This document shows, piece after piece, positions 63,303 to 64,000 of a DNA stretch of 64,000 bases. The DNA lies in assembly GCF_006345805.1 (NCBI RefSeq), contig NC_043006.1, positions 70,990,001 to 71,054,000 of the forward strand, read 5' to 3'. Origin of the DNA: Octopus sinensis (Eukaryota). A program made the translations under genes and the position numbers. Numbering within the stretch: the stretch's first letter is position 1; each line of letters begins with the position of its first letter. The notes under the pieces were generated by a model that saw only the letters and a program-made list of their open reading frames with translations, made no database searches and had not been told where the DNA came from.

Positions 63303-64000
63303 GAGCGAGCTATTGTGACAAAGAGAGAGAGAAAGCGAAGAGGTAGACGAAGAAAGTGAGTTTGAAGTGAAGGGAAGTTGAAGTCAATGACACTAGTGAA
63401 AGAGAGATAAATATACAGAGGTGGACGGGGCTGATGAGATTTTGTAATAGAAGTAGGGGAGGAAGAAGAATATTCGAGAAACTGAAGAGAAAGACGTTTG
63501 AGAGAATGGATATGGTTGGTATTGGAAATATAAGAATCTAGAGATTAAGGAAGAAAAAGAGCCGAAGGCCGCCATATAATGTCTGGTTCCCTGACTATTC
63601 AACTAGTTTTTTTCTCTCTCTTGGTATTTCTTACTAAAATAGCACCCGGCCTCTGGTTTATTAAACCAGCATGGAAAGGAAGAGATTAGTTCGTAACGTT
63701 CACTTGGTGCTATGGAGAAAAGCGAGTATTAAGTGTAAATTGTGTTTGAGAGTAGATTTTGGAACCGGACAGACTTACCCACCTGTGGTTTTAGTTTTGG
63801 GGGAAATCTAACTATTGGCACCTGCCTGGGGCAGCCCCGCGGATTAATACGATCATTCAGGCAGGAAAAGAAAGAACATTATCTTTTTTACCTTCGACAC
63901 TAACATCACAGTCATAGCAGCTTGGAGAGAACCGACGGTTCGTTTTCCCGTGATGTGGGTATAGTGAATTCAAAGACCCAATCTTAGACAATGCCACGAT

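Noticed and set aside
63772-63790. ACTTACC as a U1 snRNA 5' end
   Set aside because: The downstream sequence does not match U1; it is better read as a minus-strand splice donor.

Overview
AT-rich, repeat-dense eukaryotic genomic DNA. The repeat families and microsatellite style suggest a coleoid cephalopod, probably Octopus (inference). The window holds the 5' ~70% of one minus-strand gene, the ubiquitin-specific protease USP40. I could chain 22 coding exons (46605 down to 1476, all GT-AG, phases compatible, 2638 nt = 879 codons + 1), including the Cys box ([10 protein letters not shown]), His box (GGHYHAY) and WFDFDD motif; the 3' exons lie left of the window. A YY1/ETS-type promoter sits at ~47.0 kb. 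Introns and the 17 kb upstream are filled with tRNA-derived SINEs, RTE/CR1/CRE-like LINE fragments, Helitron derivatives, a piggyBac transposase fossil and hAT/mariner/TTAA MITEs. The most unusual signal is a small family (4 copies) of tRNA-headed elements carrying a Penelope-type minimal hammerhead ribozyme motif; two copies are inverted composites with target-site duplications. Other oddities: a 283-bp near-perfect palindrome, a 63-bp-stem hairpin, a 1.5-kb 33-bp minisatellite packed with CRE (TGACGTCA) palindromes, and a Helitron-borne ORF with 23-aa STPR-like repeats. All calls are by eye; no searches were run, and repeat boundaries are approximate unless a TSD is given.
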